Shown here: positions 20,013 through 31,751 of the stretch, one piece after another
How the letters are laid out: each line of letters begins with the position of its first letter
Numbering within the stretch: the stretch's first letter is position 1
Assembly: GCA_035512635.1 (NCBI GenBank)
Contig: DATKDR010000034.1
Coordinates: 2,471-66,470 of the forward strand
Length of the DNA stretch: 64,000 nucleotides
Direction: 5' to 3'
DNA from: Longimicrobiales bacterium
GTDB taxonomy: Bacteria; Gemmatimonadota; Gemmatimonadetes; Longimicrobiales; RSA9
The notes under the pieces: generated by a model
What the model was told of the DNA's origin: nothing
The model's input: the letters and a program-made list of their open reading frames with translations, nothing else
Database searches by the model: none
Program-made: the position numbers and the translations under genes

Positions 20013-21776
20013 CTATCGCTTCGCGCCCTTGCGACCGGAGGACTTCTTCGAGCCCGCCTTCTTCCGGCTCGGCTTCTTCGCGCCTGCCTTCTTCGCGCCT
20101 GCCTTCTTCGCGCCCGCCTTCCTGGCGCTCGCCTTCTTCGCGGCTGGCTTCTTCGCGGCGGCCTTCTTTCCGGCGGACTTCTTCGCGCGCGGCTTCTTCG
20201 CGGCGGCCTTCTTTCCGGCCGCCTTCCTCGCAGTGGCTTTCTTCGCCGCCGACTTCTTCGCGGCCGCCTTCTTCGCCGCCAACTTCTTCGCGGCCGCCTT
20301 TTTCGCCGTGGACTTCTTCCTCGCCCGCTTCTTCGCGGCTGCAGCCTTCTTCACGGACTTCTTCGCGGCGGACTTTTTCGCGGCGGCCTTCTTTGCGGCC
20401 AGCTGCCTGGCCGAGGCCTCCCTGCCACTCGCCTTGCCAGCGGCGGCCGTCTTCGGCTCCGCCTTGCCGGCGGTCGGCGCGGCGGCCGCGGCCGGCCGCG
20501 ACGGCTCCGTCTTCGCCGGCGTAGGCTGCCTCTCCGTCGGTCGCGCCACGCTCACCTGAGGTGTCGGTCGGCGCGCCAGGTCGGACGGCCGAGGCGCGGG
20601 CGCCGTGATCGGACGCTCGATGCGGGCGGACTCGATGCGCCGTGTGTCCGGCGCCCGCCGCAGGTGGTCCGGCCGACGCGGATCGAAGGCGGCGGCAGCC
20701 GCGGCCGCGCGGGCCTCGGCTTCGGCGGCGGCCGCGGCCACCTCGCCCGCCACCCGGTCCCGCTCGCTCTCCGACGACGGCCGCGCGTAGCTGGTCTTGA
20801 GCAGCTTCATCGTCTCTTCCGGATCGATGTTGCCGCCCGTGATGACGCAGATGGTGCGCTTGCCCTCCGGCTTCCACGACTGCGCGAGCAGCGCCGCCAC
20901 CGCCGCCGCGCCCGAGTACTCGACGACCATGCTCGAGCGGGCGTGCAGAATCGCCGCCGCCTCGCGCATCGCCTCGTCGGGAACCGTCACGATCTCGTCG
21001 ACCAGCTGACGACAATGGGCGAACGTGATGTCGCCCGGCCGCACGGGCATCAAGCCGTCGGCAATCGTCTTCTTCGCCGGTACCGTCGTCGGCTCGCCCC
21101 GCTCGAGCGAGATCTTCATCGACGGAATCGCGTCGCTCTGCACGCCGATGATGCGGCAGTTCGGAATCGCCTCCCGCACCCACGCGCCGATGCCACTGAT
21201 CAGGCCGCCACCACCGACCGGCACCAGGATCGCCTGTACGTCCGGCCAGTCCGACACGATCTCGCGCCCTACCGTGCCCTGCCCCGCAACGATGTCCATG
21301 TCATCGTACGGGGGGATCATCGTCAGCTTCTCCTTCGCCGCGATCTTCTCCGCCCGCTCGCGCCGCTCCTCCGACGTGGTACCGGCGAGGATCACGCGCG
21401 CGCCCAGCTCCTGCGTGCGCTCGATCTTCACCTGCGGAGCGCTCTCCGGCATGACACAGGTCGCCTTGATGTCGAAGAAGCGCGCAGCCATCGCCACCGC
21501 CTGGGCATGATTCCCCGACGAGTAGGTGATGATGCCCCGACGCCGCTCGTACGACGACAGCCGCGACACTTTCGTGTAGGCGCCCCGGATCTTGAAGGAG
21601 CCCGCGAGCTGAAGGTTCTCGCACTTCAGCATGACCTGCGTGCCGAAGCGCTCGGTCAGCCAGCGCGCCGGCAGGAGCGGCGTACGTACAACCACCGCCG
21701 GCAGTCGGCGCGCGGCTTCCTCGATCGTCGACGTCGTGACGCGATTGATCACCTTCTTCTCCACTGTCTGGGTCAC
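20013..21776 (-). CDS. PLP-dependent threonine/serine dehydratase-like enzyme fused to a long Ala/Lys-rich histone-H1-like C-terminal tail
   Basis: GTG start at 21776. PLP lysine context ([16 protein letters not shown]), [10 protein letters not shown] and GGGGLISG. After about aa 325 comes a low-complexity linker, then about 150 aa of (A/S)AKK(A/S) repeats to the stop. Confidence 0.85.
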   Translation of the reverse strand: MTQTVEKKVINRVTTSTIEEAARRLPAVVVRTPLLPARWLTERFGTQVMLKCENLQLAGSFKIRGAYTKVSRLSSYERRRGIITYSSGNHAQAVAMAARFFDIKATCVMPESAPQVKIERTQELGARVILAGTTSEERRERAEKIAAKEKLTMIPPYDDMDIVAGQGTVGREIVSDWPDVQAILVPVGGGGLISGIGAWVREAIPNCRIIGVQSDAIPSMKISLERGEPTTVPAKKTIADGLMPVRPGDITFAHCRQLVDEIVTVPDEAMREAAAILHARSSMVVEYSGAAAVAALLAQSWKPEGKRTICVITGGNIDPEETMKLLKTSYARPSSESERDRVAGEVAAAAAEAEARAAAAAAAFDPRRPDHLRRAPDTRRIESARIERPITAPAPRPSDLARRPTPQVSVARPTERQPTPAKTEPSRPAAAAAPTAGKAEPKTAAAGKASGREASARQLAAKKAAAKKSAAKKSVKKAAAAKKRARKKSTAKKAAAKKLAAKKAAAKKSAAKKATARKAAGKKAAAKKPRAKKSAGKKAAAKKPAAKKASARKAGAKKAGAKKAGAKKPSRKKAGSKKSSGRKGAKR

Positions 21777-21780
21777 TGCT

Positions 21781-21823
21781 CGTAACCCGTATACCGTATA
21801 CGGTATACGGAGTACGGATTACG
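21781..21823. repeat. Heptamer array CGTAACC CGTATAC CGTATAC GGTATAC GGAGTAC GGATTAC forming a 24-nt perfect palindrome
   Basis: CCGTATACCGTATACGGTATACGG (21787-21810) is self-complementary. It fills the 48-nt gap between the gyrA stop (21825) and the dehydratase-like gene start (21776). Confidence 0.9.
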
Positions 21824-21824
21824 T

Positions 21825-24398
<2,574 letters not shown>

Positions 24399-24503
24399 CT
24401 ATCGCTTTCCTGATTCGGGATCTTCGGGCCGCGGCTCCGCACGGCTCGCCGCCGGCGGCGTCGGCTTCATCCGACCGCGCGTCGCACCCCCTGATACCCC
24501 ACT

Positions 24504-24527
24504 CTCGCGCGCGTGTGCGCGCGCGAG
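24504..24527. other. Perfect 10-bp alternating-CG hairpin/cruciform motif in the gyrA upstream region
   Basis: CTCGCGCGCG TGTG CGCGCGCGAG, about 105-130 nt upstream of the gyrA ATG (24398). Confidence 0.5.
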
Positions 24528-24674
24528 GCGACTTCTGGAGCGATGCTGGGACTCGGGCTGGGACGGATCCATCGGGCCGGGTTTCGGGACCGGGCAGAAT
24601 ACGGCTTTTTGGGGGTGTCGGCAAGGTGCCGCGGCGGTTTTTTTCTGCCGGTATGGCAGGGTGTGGGGCTTTGG

Positions 24675-24729
24675 CAGCGGGAGCGGGGGCGGGAGCGGGA
24701 GCGGCTCCTGCTCTCCGCTCTCCGCCCCC
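24675..24729. repeat. Opposed G-rich/C-rich hexa-heptamer arrays (GGGAGCG-like / CTCTCCG-like) forming an imperfect hairpin
   Basis: GCAGCGGGAGCGGGGGCGGGAGCGGGAGCGG followed by CTCCTGCTCTCCGCTCTCCGCCCCC. It lies 16 nt downstream of the minus-strand amidohydrolase stop (24745), so it is terminator-like for that gene. Confidence 0.7.
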
Positions 24730-24744
24730 AAAGCCCGACGCGTC

Positions 24745-26043
24745 TCACGGCACGTCGTAGCTCTGCGGCAGGGCTTCGCGCTCGCGATAGCGCTCGAAAA
24801 GGAGGCGCTGACGGGTCTCGGTCGGCATCTCGACCCCCCGGATGAAGACGTGCCGGACGAGAGTGGTCAGCTCGAAGGGGTCGCCGGACCAGAGGACGAG
24901 ATCGGCGTCCATGCCGGGAGCGATGCGTCCGTAACGGTCGTCGATGCCCCAGACGGCGGCGGGGTTGACGGTGACGGCGGCGAGCGCGGCCTCGTGGGGC
25001 ATGCCGTTGGCCGCGGCGACGCCGGCGGCGTGCTTGAGGTTGCGGCTGTTGTGGGAGCTTTCGGTCCGACCGGCGCCCATGACGACGCGTACGCCGGCGG
25101 CGTTGAGGCGCGCGGCGTTCTCGAGGGTGGCGCCGAGATCCTCGAAGCCGGGGATGTTCAGAAGTGGGTAGACGACGACGGGGACGTCGGCGGCGGCGAT
25201 CTCGTCGGCGACCATCCAGCCTTCGGCGGCGCCGGACAGAATCATGCGCAGACCGAGTTGCTCGCGCAGTCGGAGTGCGGCCAGGATATCGCTCGCGCGA
25301 TCGACGGCGACGACGAGCGGCAGCCGTCCTTCGACGACCGGTACCAGTGCCTCCAGATCGAGGCGGGAGATCGCGTAATCGCGACGCTGGTTGCTCTCGA
25401 ACGCGGCGCGGTTGGCGGCGTAGTCGCGGGCGTCCTGGAGCGCTTCGCGGAGGATGAGCATGGCGGCGCCGCGGGCGCCGCCGGCGAGGGAAGCGCCGCG
25501 CTCGCCCAGCACGACGAACATGCCGACCGGATTCCGGACGACCCGTTCCTCGACGGGCCCCATGCCGAGGTGCACGACGATGCCCTGCCCGGCGATGAGC
25601 GACGCGGAAGCCGAGGGTGACACGACGGCGCGCGTGACGCCCTCGACGCGCGTCACGGGGATCAGCGTCGACAGGTGGTTGTACGCGTCGGCGACCGAGA
25701 ACGCGGCGGTGATCCTGTCGTTCGAGACCGCCTCGTCGGTGGTGCCGGCGTAGGCATCGATCTCGACGATGCCGAGCTGCGTCGCCGAATCGATGAGCCC
25801 GGGGGTGACCACACCTCCGCTCGCATCGATGACGCGTGCGCCCGCCGGTATCACGACGTCGCGGCCGACCCGCTCGACGCGACCGTCACGGATCAGGACG
25901 GTGGCGTCCTCGAGGACCGGCCCCGCCATCGTGTGCACGCGCGCGTGCGTGATCGCGATGCTCTGCGCGCCGAGAGGGGAGACGACGGAGCAGGCGACGA
26001 ACACGAGGACGAGCGCGCGGCTGAATGGCATGGCTGGTTTCAC
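24745..26043 (-). CDS. Secreted amidohydrolase-family metallohydrolase
   Basis: Signal peptide (MKPAMPFSRALVLVFVACSVVSPLGAQS), an N-terminal beta-sandwich (GRVERVG...VIDASGGVVTPGLID), and a C-terminal GRIAPGMDADLVLWSGDP motif typical of the family. Confidence 0.85.
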   Translation of the reverse strand: MKPAMPFSRALVLVFVACSVVSPLGAQSIAITHARVHTMAGPVLEDATVLIRDGRVERVGRDVVIPAGARVIDASGGVVTPGLIDSATQLGIVEIDAYAGTTDEAVSNDRITAAFSVADAYNHLSTLIPVTRVEGVTRAVVSPSASASLIAGQGIVVHLGMGPVEERVVRNPVGMFVVLGERGASLAGGARGAAMLILREALQDARDYAANRAAFESNQRRDYAISRLDLEALVPVVEGRLPLVVAVDRASDILAALRLREQLGLRMILSGAAEGWMVADEIAAADVPVVVYPLLNIPGFEDLGATLENAARLNAAGVRVVMGAGRTESSHNSRNLKHAAGVAAANGMPHEAALAAVTVNPAAVWGIDDRYGRIAPGMDADLVLWSGDPFELTTLVRHVFIRGVEMPTETRQRLLFERYREREALPQSYDVP

Positions 26044-26309
26044 GGGTCCGAGAGTCAGTCGGCGCTCCGCACCTCGGGACGACGACCGAAGCAGGAGGAG
26101 GCTGCCGGATGGATGCGCTCAAGATCCCCGCCGCCGGCGGCCGGGGCAAGCGATCGGGGGTGGGCCGCTGCGCCCCTGACTTCGGCGTTCACGGCGTCCC
26201 CGGCTGCCCTTGTGACGCCCCGCCTGGCGATGCATGATCGGAAAGCCTCGCCGGACGCCATGGGCGAGGGATCTGCATTGGGGTTGAATCGGCATCCAGA
26301 ACCCTCAGA

Positions 26310-27110
26310 ATGACCCGAATCGTTACAAGTACCGTGGCTCGACTGACCGAAGTGGAAGTAGTCGCGGCACTCCGCGAACGCGGCGTCCTCCAGGTTCGCC
26401 GGGTGGGCTTCCGGGCCAACCGGAGCACGATCCTGTCCCTGAGTCCGGGCGGCGGGCGGCTGAGCCTGCACGTGGCCTTCACGGAGGCGACGCCCCGCAT
26501 CCTGGATGCGCTGGCGGTCTATCTGTTGGAGGGGCCGCGCCGGACGTCGGGATTCCGGCGAGCCAGCCGGACGATCCGGACCTGGCGCCGGCTGGAGCGG
26601 GCGATGGCGGCGGAACTACGGAGGGCGGGCGGTCGCCGGGGGCGACGCCGTCGTCGCATCGAGAAGCCGGCCCCCGGGCCGTGCTGCGCGACCCTCGCGC
26701 AGCGGCGCTATCTCGAAGCCCTGTACGCCCACTACAACCGGACGGCCTTCGGCGGCCGTCTGCCGGCGGACGTGTGCGTGCGGCTGAGCAGCCGGATGAC
26801 GACGCGGCTGGGTCAGGTGAAGCTGTGGCGTGACCGGTGGGGCCGGCGCTCGGTGATCGAGCTGGCGCTCAATGCGGACCTGATGCTGCCCGAGAACGAC
26901 CGCAACCGAAGGGACACCCTGCTGCACGAGATGGCGCACATCGAGGCGTGGCTGGCGTACGGTGATGGCGGCCACGGCGACGCGTGGAAGCACATCGCGC
27001 GGCGCGTCGGCTGCATCGACCTCGCCTGTGCGGGGCGCGGACCGCGCCGCAGGGGACGGGGTCAACGGCCGACGGATCGGGTGCCGGGCGACGTGCGGCG
27101 GGCGGCCTAG
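26310..27110 (+). CDS. SprT-like zinc metalloprotease domain protein
   Basis: YNRTAFGGRLP ... TLLHEMAHIEAW ... HGDAWKHIARRVGC gives the HExxH plus downstream His, the SprT/Wss1-like signature. Confidence 0.75.
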   Translation: MTRIVTSTVARLTEVEVVAALRERGVLQVRRVGFRANRSTILSLSPGGGRLSLHVAFTEATPRILDALAVYLLEGPRRTSGFRRASRTIRTWRRLERAMAAELRRAGGRRGRRRRRIEKPAPGPCCATLAQRRYLEALYAHYNRTAFGGRLPADVCVRLSSRMTTRLGQVKLWRDRWGRRSVIELALNADLMLPENDRNRRDTLLHEMAHIEAWLAYGDGGHGDAWKHIARRVGCIDLACAGRGPRRRGRGQRPTDRVPGDVRRAA

Positions 27111-28483
27111 TCGACGATCGCCGGCAGGATTCCGAGCTCGAAGTCGCTCACGGGCTGGAGCGACGGGTCGTTGCGATCGTACACGACGGCGCCGTCGATC
27201 CAGACGCGCTCCGGGTGGCTGTAGACGCTGAAGGGATCGCCGGACCACAGAACCACGTCCGCCATCCTGCCGACCTCGAGCGAGCCGGTCTGGTCGTCGA
27301 TGCCGAGCGCGCGCGCCGGATTGATCGTGATCCAGCGGATCGCGTCCTCGCGGTCGATGCCCTCCATGCCGACCTGCCAGGCGGCGCGCATCGCCTTCGC
27401 GGCCTCGTGATTGAGGCGCTGGATGCCGCGCGGGTCGTCGGAGTGGATGACGGCACAGCCGCCCGCGCTCTCGACGAGAGCGGCGTTCTGCTGGATGCCG
27501 TCGTACGCCTCCATCTTGAAGCCCCACCAGTCGGCCCAGATCGAAGCGCACACGCCCTCCGCCGCGAGCACGTCCGCGATCTTGTAGGCCTCGACCGCGT
27601 GGTGGAAGGAGGCGATGCGGTAACCGAACTGCTCCGCGAGATCGAGCATGACGAGCATCTCGTCGGCGCGGTAACAGTGGTTGTGTACCAGGATGTCGCC
27701 GCTCAGCACGCCCGCGAGCGTTTCCATGTCGAGGTCCTCGAGGACCTCGGCGCCGTTCAGGCGTTGGTCGCGATACTCCTCCGCCTCCAGCCACGCGCGC
27801 CGATAGCCGGCCACGTTGCCCATGCGCGTGGACGGGCCGCCGCGATTACCGTACACGCGCTTCGGGTTTTCGCCGCAGGCCATCTTGAGCCCGTAGGGCG
27901 CGCCCGGAAACTTCATGTCCATGACGCTGCGGCCGGGCAGATTCTTGACCGTGACGGAACGGCCGCCGAACAGATTCGCCGAGCCGGGCAGGATCTGTAG
28001 CGTCGTGACGCCGCCGGCCAGCGCGCGGGCGAACTGCGGATCCTGCGGCCAGACGGAGTGCTCCGCCCAGACGCCGGCGGTGTTGGGGTTGGTCGCCTCG
28101 TTGCCATCCGACAGCGCCGACCCGCCGGGCGCCGCATAGACGCCGAGATGGGAGTGCGTGTCGATGAGGCCGGGCGTGACCCATCTGCCGGTGCCATCGA
28201 TCACGGTCACGTCGGCCGCCGCGCCGAGCTGCCGCCCCACCGCCTCGATGCGTCCGTCCCGCATGAGGACGTCCGCGTTCTCGAGCGTCGGCCCCGCCGC
28301 CGTCAGTACCGTCGCATTGCGGATAAGGGTCGGCGCCGAGGGCAGCGCCGAATAGGTCGACGCCCACGGCGTCATGCGATCGGCCGGAGCGGGCTCGCCG
28401 CTCGGCGTCGCGCGCGCGCACCCGCCGACCGCGACCAGCAGAAGCGACGCGAAGCCCGTTCGCGAAAACCGATGGCGGTTCAT
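27107..28483 (-). CDS. Amidohydrolase-family metallohydrolase (lipoprotein/secreted)
   Basis: I trimmed to ATG 28483 (MNRHRFSRTGFASLLLVAVGGC). PGLIDTHSHLG (HxH metal site), HNHCYRADE, and GSLEVGRMADVVLWSGDP. The stop overlaps the SprT-like stop (CTAG). Confidence 0.88.
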   Translation of the reverse strand: MNRHRFSRTGFASLLLVAVGGCARATPSGEPAPADRMTPWASTYSALPSAPTLIRNATVLTAAGPTLENADVLMRDGRIEAVGRQLGAAADVTVIDGTGRWVTPGLIDTHSHLGVYAAPGGSALSDGNEATNPNTAGVWAEHSVWPQDPQFARALAGGVTTLQILPGSANLFGGRSVTVKNLPGRSVMDMKFPGAPYGLKMACGENPKRVYGNRGGPSTRMGNVAGYRRAWLEAEEYRDQRLNGAEVLEDLDMETLAGVLSGDILVHNHCYRADEMLVMLDLAEQFGYRIASFHHAVEAYKIADVLAAEGVCASIWADWWGFKMEAYDGIQQNAALVESAGGCAVIHSDDPRGIQRLNHEAAKAMRAAWQVGMEGIDREDAIRWITINPARALGIDDQTGSLEVGRMADVVLWSGDPFSVYSHPERVWIDGAVVYDRNDPSLQPVSDFELGILPAIVD

Positions 28484-28565
28484 GGATCGAGGTTGCGGGA
28501 GGAAACGTTCGACTCGCGAGGAAGCTAGGTCGGGCTTACCGCGCGAAGCAACGCGCCCGCCCGCA

Positions 28566-29009
28566 TCAATCGAGCACCGGCACCGACGCATACCTGAGCG
28601 TGTCGCCGCACGTATGGATCCGACGCACGTGCTCGCCGGCGGAATCCAGGAGCGCGAGCGCGGTGACGCCCCCGGCGGCATCGTGGAGCAGGATGGCGGC
28701 TTCCGTGTGCTCAAATTCACCACGCTCCTCCTGCTGTAGCGGCGGATCGCTGCCGATCTGGATTTCCTGGAGCCGGCCGTAGGAGCCGTCGTCGGCGAGG
28801 GCGATCGACTCGAAGCGCAGGAGCTGATCGACGGAACCCTGCTCGCACACCGGTGCGGGCGGCGGCTCGCCGTCGATCCGGTCGAGCAGGTAGGCGACCT
28901 CGATCACGGGCGGCTCCGGCTCCTCCGGTTGCTCGCAGGCGGCGAGCGCCGCGCACAGCGCGACCAGGGCCACGCGTCGCGCGATCCCTTCGGTCAGCGT
29001 CGAGCTCAT
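28566..29009 (-). CDS. Hypothetical lipoprotein
   Basis: 147 aa with a lipobox (VALVALCAALAAC). No recognisable domain. Confidence 0.5.
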   Translation of the reverse strand: MSSTLTEGIARRVALVALCAALAACEQPEEPEPPVIEVAYLLDRIDGEPPPAPVCEQGSVDQLLRFESIALADDGSYGRLQEIQIGSDPPLQQEERGEFEHTEAAILLHDAAGGVTALALLDSAGEHVRRIHTCGDTLRYASVPVLD

Positions 29010-29107
29010 GCCTCGCTCCGCGCCAGCGTTCCTCTACCTTCCGCCTCGCCGATCGCTACTCTATCTGCGTCCGTCCGGCCCTGGCATTCCATTCCGAGCG
29101 AGCGATC

Positions 29108-29557
29108 ATGTTCAAGGAATTCAGCGACTTCCTGAAGCGCGGCAGCCTGGTCGACATGGCGATCGGCATCGCGGTCGGCACCGCGTTCGCCACCATCGCC
29201 AAGTCGCTGGTCGACGACATCGTCATGCCCCCAGTCGGTCTGATCCTCGGGAACGTCGAGTTCGACAACCTGTTCGTGCTCCTGCGGCACGGTGACCCGA
29301 TCGGTCCCTACACCACGCTCGCGGTTGCGAGGGAGGCCGGTGCGGTCGCGATCGCCTATGGCAACTTCATCAACAACGTCCTGGCCTTCCTGGTCATTGC
29401 GGCGGTCTTCTTCATGATCCTGCGCAGCCTGAATCAGCTGCGGCGCGAAGAGCAGGGCACGCCTGCCGAACCGGACACCAAGACCTGCCCGTTCTGCATC
29501 CACACGATTCCGTTGAAGGCGAGCCGGTGCCCGCAATGCACCTCGTCGCTGGCCTAG
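29108..29557 (+). CDS. mscL: Large-conductance mechanosensitive channel with C-terminal zinc-ribbon-like CxxC...CxxC tail
   Basis: I trimmed to ATG 29108. MFKEFSDFLKRGSLVDMAIGIAVGTAFATI matches the MscL TM1 signature. The tail reads KTCPFCIHTIPLKASRCPQCTSSLA. Confidence 0.9.
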   Translation: MFKEFSDFLKRGSLVDMAIGIAVGTAFATIAKSLVDDIVMPPVGLILGNVEFDNLFVLLRHGDPIGPYTTLAVAREAGAVAIAYGNFINNVLAFLVIAAVFFMILRSLNQLRREEQGTPAEPDTKTCPFCIHTIPLKASRCPQCTSSLA

Positions 29558-29588
29558 CGCCCGCGGGCGAGCCGAGGCGTCCACCGCG

Positions 29589-31751
29589 CTACTCGAGCTC
29601 GGACAACTGGATCAGCACCGGCGCTCCCGGCATGTCCTGCTGAACCAGGATGTGCGGCGCTTCCTTGCGCACCCATGCGTTGACGGTGCCCTGCGTCGTC
29701 GTCTGCTCGAGATGAATCGTCTCGAAGCTGCCGGCCGGCACGTCGATCGTCTCGTCGCCGACGACCCGCACCTGCGTCTGGCCGAGCGTGCCTTCTTCGG
29801 TGATCACCGGAATGGTGAACTGCGGCGTCGCGCGCAGGTCGGCCACCTCCACCGCGTAATCGGACATGCCGGGGAAGAGCGTCCCCTGGGGCGGCGTCAG
29901 ATCGATCGTGCGCGTCTCACGCCCCTGCTGCTCGGAGGTACCGGTGACGCGGCCGCCGTCGTTGGCCAGCTCCAGCGATCCAGCCGGTGACGTGAGCTCC
30001 GCGCTGATGGGCGTGAAATCGGCGCCGAACGCCACGTTCTGCTCGACGCGCATCGGTCCGGCCGCGAACACGCCACGGCTCACGTAGGCGTCGCCTTCCC
30101 GCACGAGCGTCATGGTCATGTCGCCGAAGCGGTTGCCCTGCACCATGATCGCGTAGGTGCGCGTGCCGGTTTCCAGTCTGGCCGCGTCGAAGGCCATCTC
30201 GGATGCGCGCGGCGTGAGCTGCTCCAGCGTCACGCGCCCGCCTTCGACGTTCACGATCGTCGGCCGGTCGGCGAAGCCGGAGACCTTATCGAAGATCTGA
30301 AGCGCGTCCCCCACGACCACCATCTGCAGCGCGGCCGGGTTCAGGTACTGGCGGGCCACGCGCTGAACGTCCGCGGCCGTCACCGACGCCACGCGGTCGC
30401 GGTAGCTCTCGACGTACTCCGGCCCGCGGCCGAGCAGGATCTCCGTCGCGATCTGGCTCGCCACCTGCTGCGATGTCTCGATGCTGCGCGGGAAGCTGCC
30501 GGCGATGAATTCCTTCGCCATGCGCAGGTCGGTTTCGTCGACCGGCGCGTCACGAAGCTGCTCGATCAGGCGAAGCATCTCGGCGATCGCGCTGTCGGCC
30601 ACCTCGTTCCGCGCTTCGGCCCGCGCCGTGAAGATGCCGGGGCCGCGCCGCTCATTGGCGCTCGCGTACGCGCCGTAGGTCCAGCCCTTGTCTTCGCGCA
30701 GCACCTCGAACAGCCAGCCGGTCGAGCCGCCGAGCACCTGCATCGCGACGTCGAGCTCCGGCCAGTCGGCTTCGGTCGCGCTCGGCATCAGATGACCGAC
30801 GCGAACCACGCCCTGCACGCTGCCGGGCTTGTGCACGAACTCGAGTCGCCGCTGCGCGTGCGTCGGTGCTGCCGACGAGGACTGGGCCGGCACGTCGGCC
30901 GGTGTCCATTCCGCGAACGCCCGATTCAGCCGTGCCACCACGTCCGCGGGATTCACGTCGCCCGCCACCACGAACAGCGCGTTGTTCGGCCGATAGTGCT
31001 GCCGGTGGAAGCGCAGCAGGTTCGTGCGCTGAATCGCGCGGATGGATCCTTCCGTCTCGATCTTGCCGTACGGATGCGGTCCGTAGACGAGCTGCGTGAA
31101 GCGCTCCTGCGCGAGTGCCGCCGGCTGGCTCTTCGCCAGTTCCAGCGCCGTCAGGGTGCGGCGTCGCAGGTTCTCGAGCTCGTCGCCCGGGAAGGTCGGG
31201 TTCAGGACGATGTCGGACAGCAGGGTCAGCGCCGTATCGACGAACTCCGTCAGCACGGTCACGCTGAGCGACGTCCAGTCGTTGCCGGCGCCCGCGCTCA
31301 GTGAGCCGCCGACGAAGTCGATCGCCTCCGCGATCTCCGACGCGCCCCGCGTCGCCGTCCCCTTGTCGATCAGGCCGGCCGTCATGTTGGCGAGGCCGAC
31401 CAGCGCCCCCGGGTCGGCACTCGTACCCGTCCGGATGCGCAGATTGAAGCTGACCACCGGCTGCTCGTGATTCTCGACCACGATCACGCGCGTGCCGTTG
31501 TCGAGCGTCGCTTCCGTATAGGCCGGGAAGTCGACCGAAGTCACCGGTGCCGGCTCCGGCAGCAGCGCCACCAGTCGTTCCGCCGCCGGCGCCGTCGCGG
31601 CGGGCGCTACGGGCGCCGCGCCTTCCGGCGCCGGCGTGCCGGGCTCGACGCCGCCGCCGCACGCGGCCAGGAAGAGCGCGGCCGCAATGGCGCAGGATCG
31701 ACGGATCGCTGCGGCCGAGGATGTCGTCGTCCGAGTCATCGTCGTCCTCAT
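29589..31751 (-). CDS. M16 (pitrilysin) family protein, non-catalytic type, with extra C-terminal beta-rich domain
   Basis: 720 aa with a lipoprotein-like N-terminus (AALFLAACGG). M16 N and C domains are present, but the HxxEH position reads NMTAG (GLANMTAGLIDKGT). About 230 additional C-terminal residues. Confidence 0.8.
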   Translation of the reverse strand: MRTTMTRTTTSSAAAIRRSCAIAAALFLAACGGGVEPGTPAPEGAAPVAPAATAPAAERLVALLPEPAPVTSVDFPAYTEATLDNGTRVIVVENHEQPVVSFNLRIRTGTSADPGALVGLANMTAGLIDKGTATRGASEIAEAIDFVGGSLSAGAGNDWTSLSVTVLTEFVDTALTLLSDIVLNPTFPGDELENLRRRTLTALELAKSQPAALAQERFTQLVYGPHPYGKIETEGSIRAIQRTNLLRFHRQHYRPNNALFVVAGDVNPADVVARLNRAFAEWTPADVPAQSSSAAPTHAQRRLEFVHKPGSVQGVVRVGHLMPSATEADWPELDVAMQVLGGSTGWLFEVLREDKGWTYGAYASANERRGPGIFTARAEARNEVADSAIAEMLRLIEQLRDAPVDETDLRMAKEFIAGSFPRSIETSQQVASQIATEILLGRGPEYVESYRDRVASVTAADVQRVARQYLNPAALQMVVVGDALQIFDKVSGFADRPTIVNVEGGRVTLEQLTPRASEMAFDAARLETGTRTYAIMVQGNRFGDMTMTLVREGDAYVSRGVFAAGPMRVEQNVAFGADFTPISAELTSPAGSLELANDGGRVTGTSEQQGRETRTIDLTPPQGTLFPGMSDYAVEVADLRATPQFTIPVITEEGTLGQTQVRVVGDETIDVPAGSFETIHLEQTTTQGTVNAWVRKEAPHILVQQDMPGAPVLIQLSELE

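Noticed and set aside
19839-21785. 648-aa plus-strand ORF with LLRA/LLRG repeats, and 20029..20559 with FFAA repeats
   Set aside because: These are mirror-image translations of the (AAKK)n-encoding repeat and the dehydratase gene on the opposite strand.
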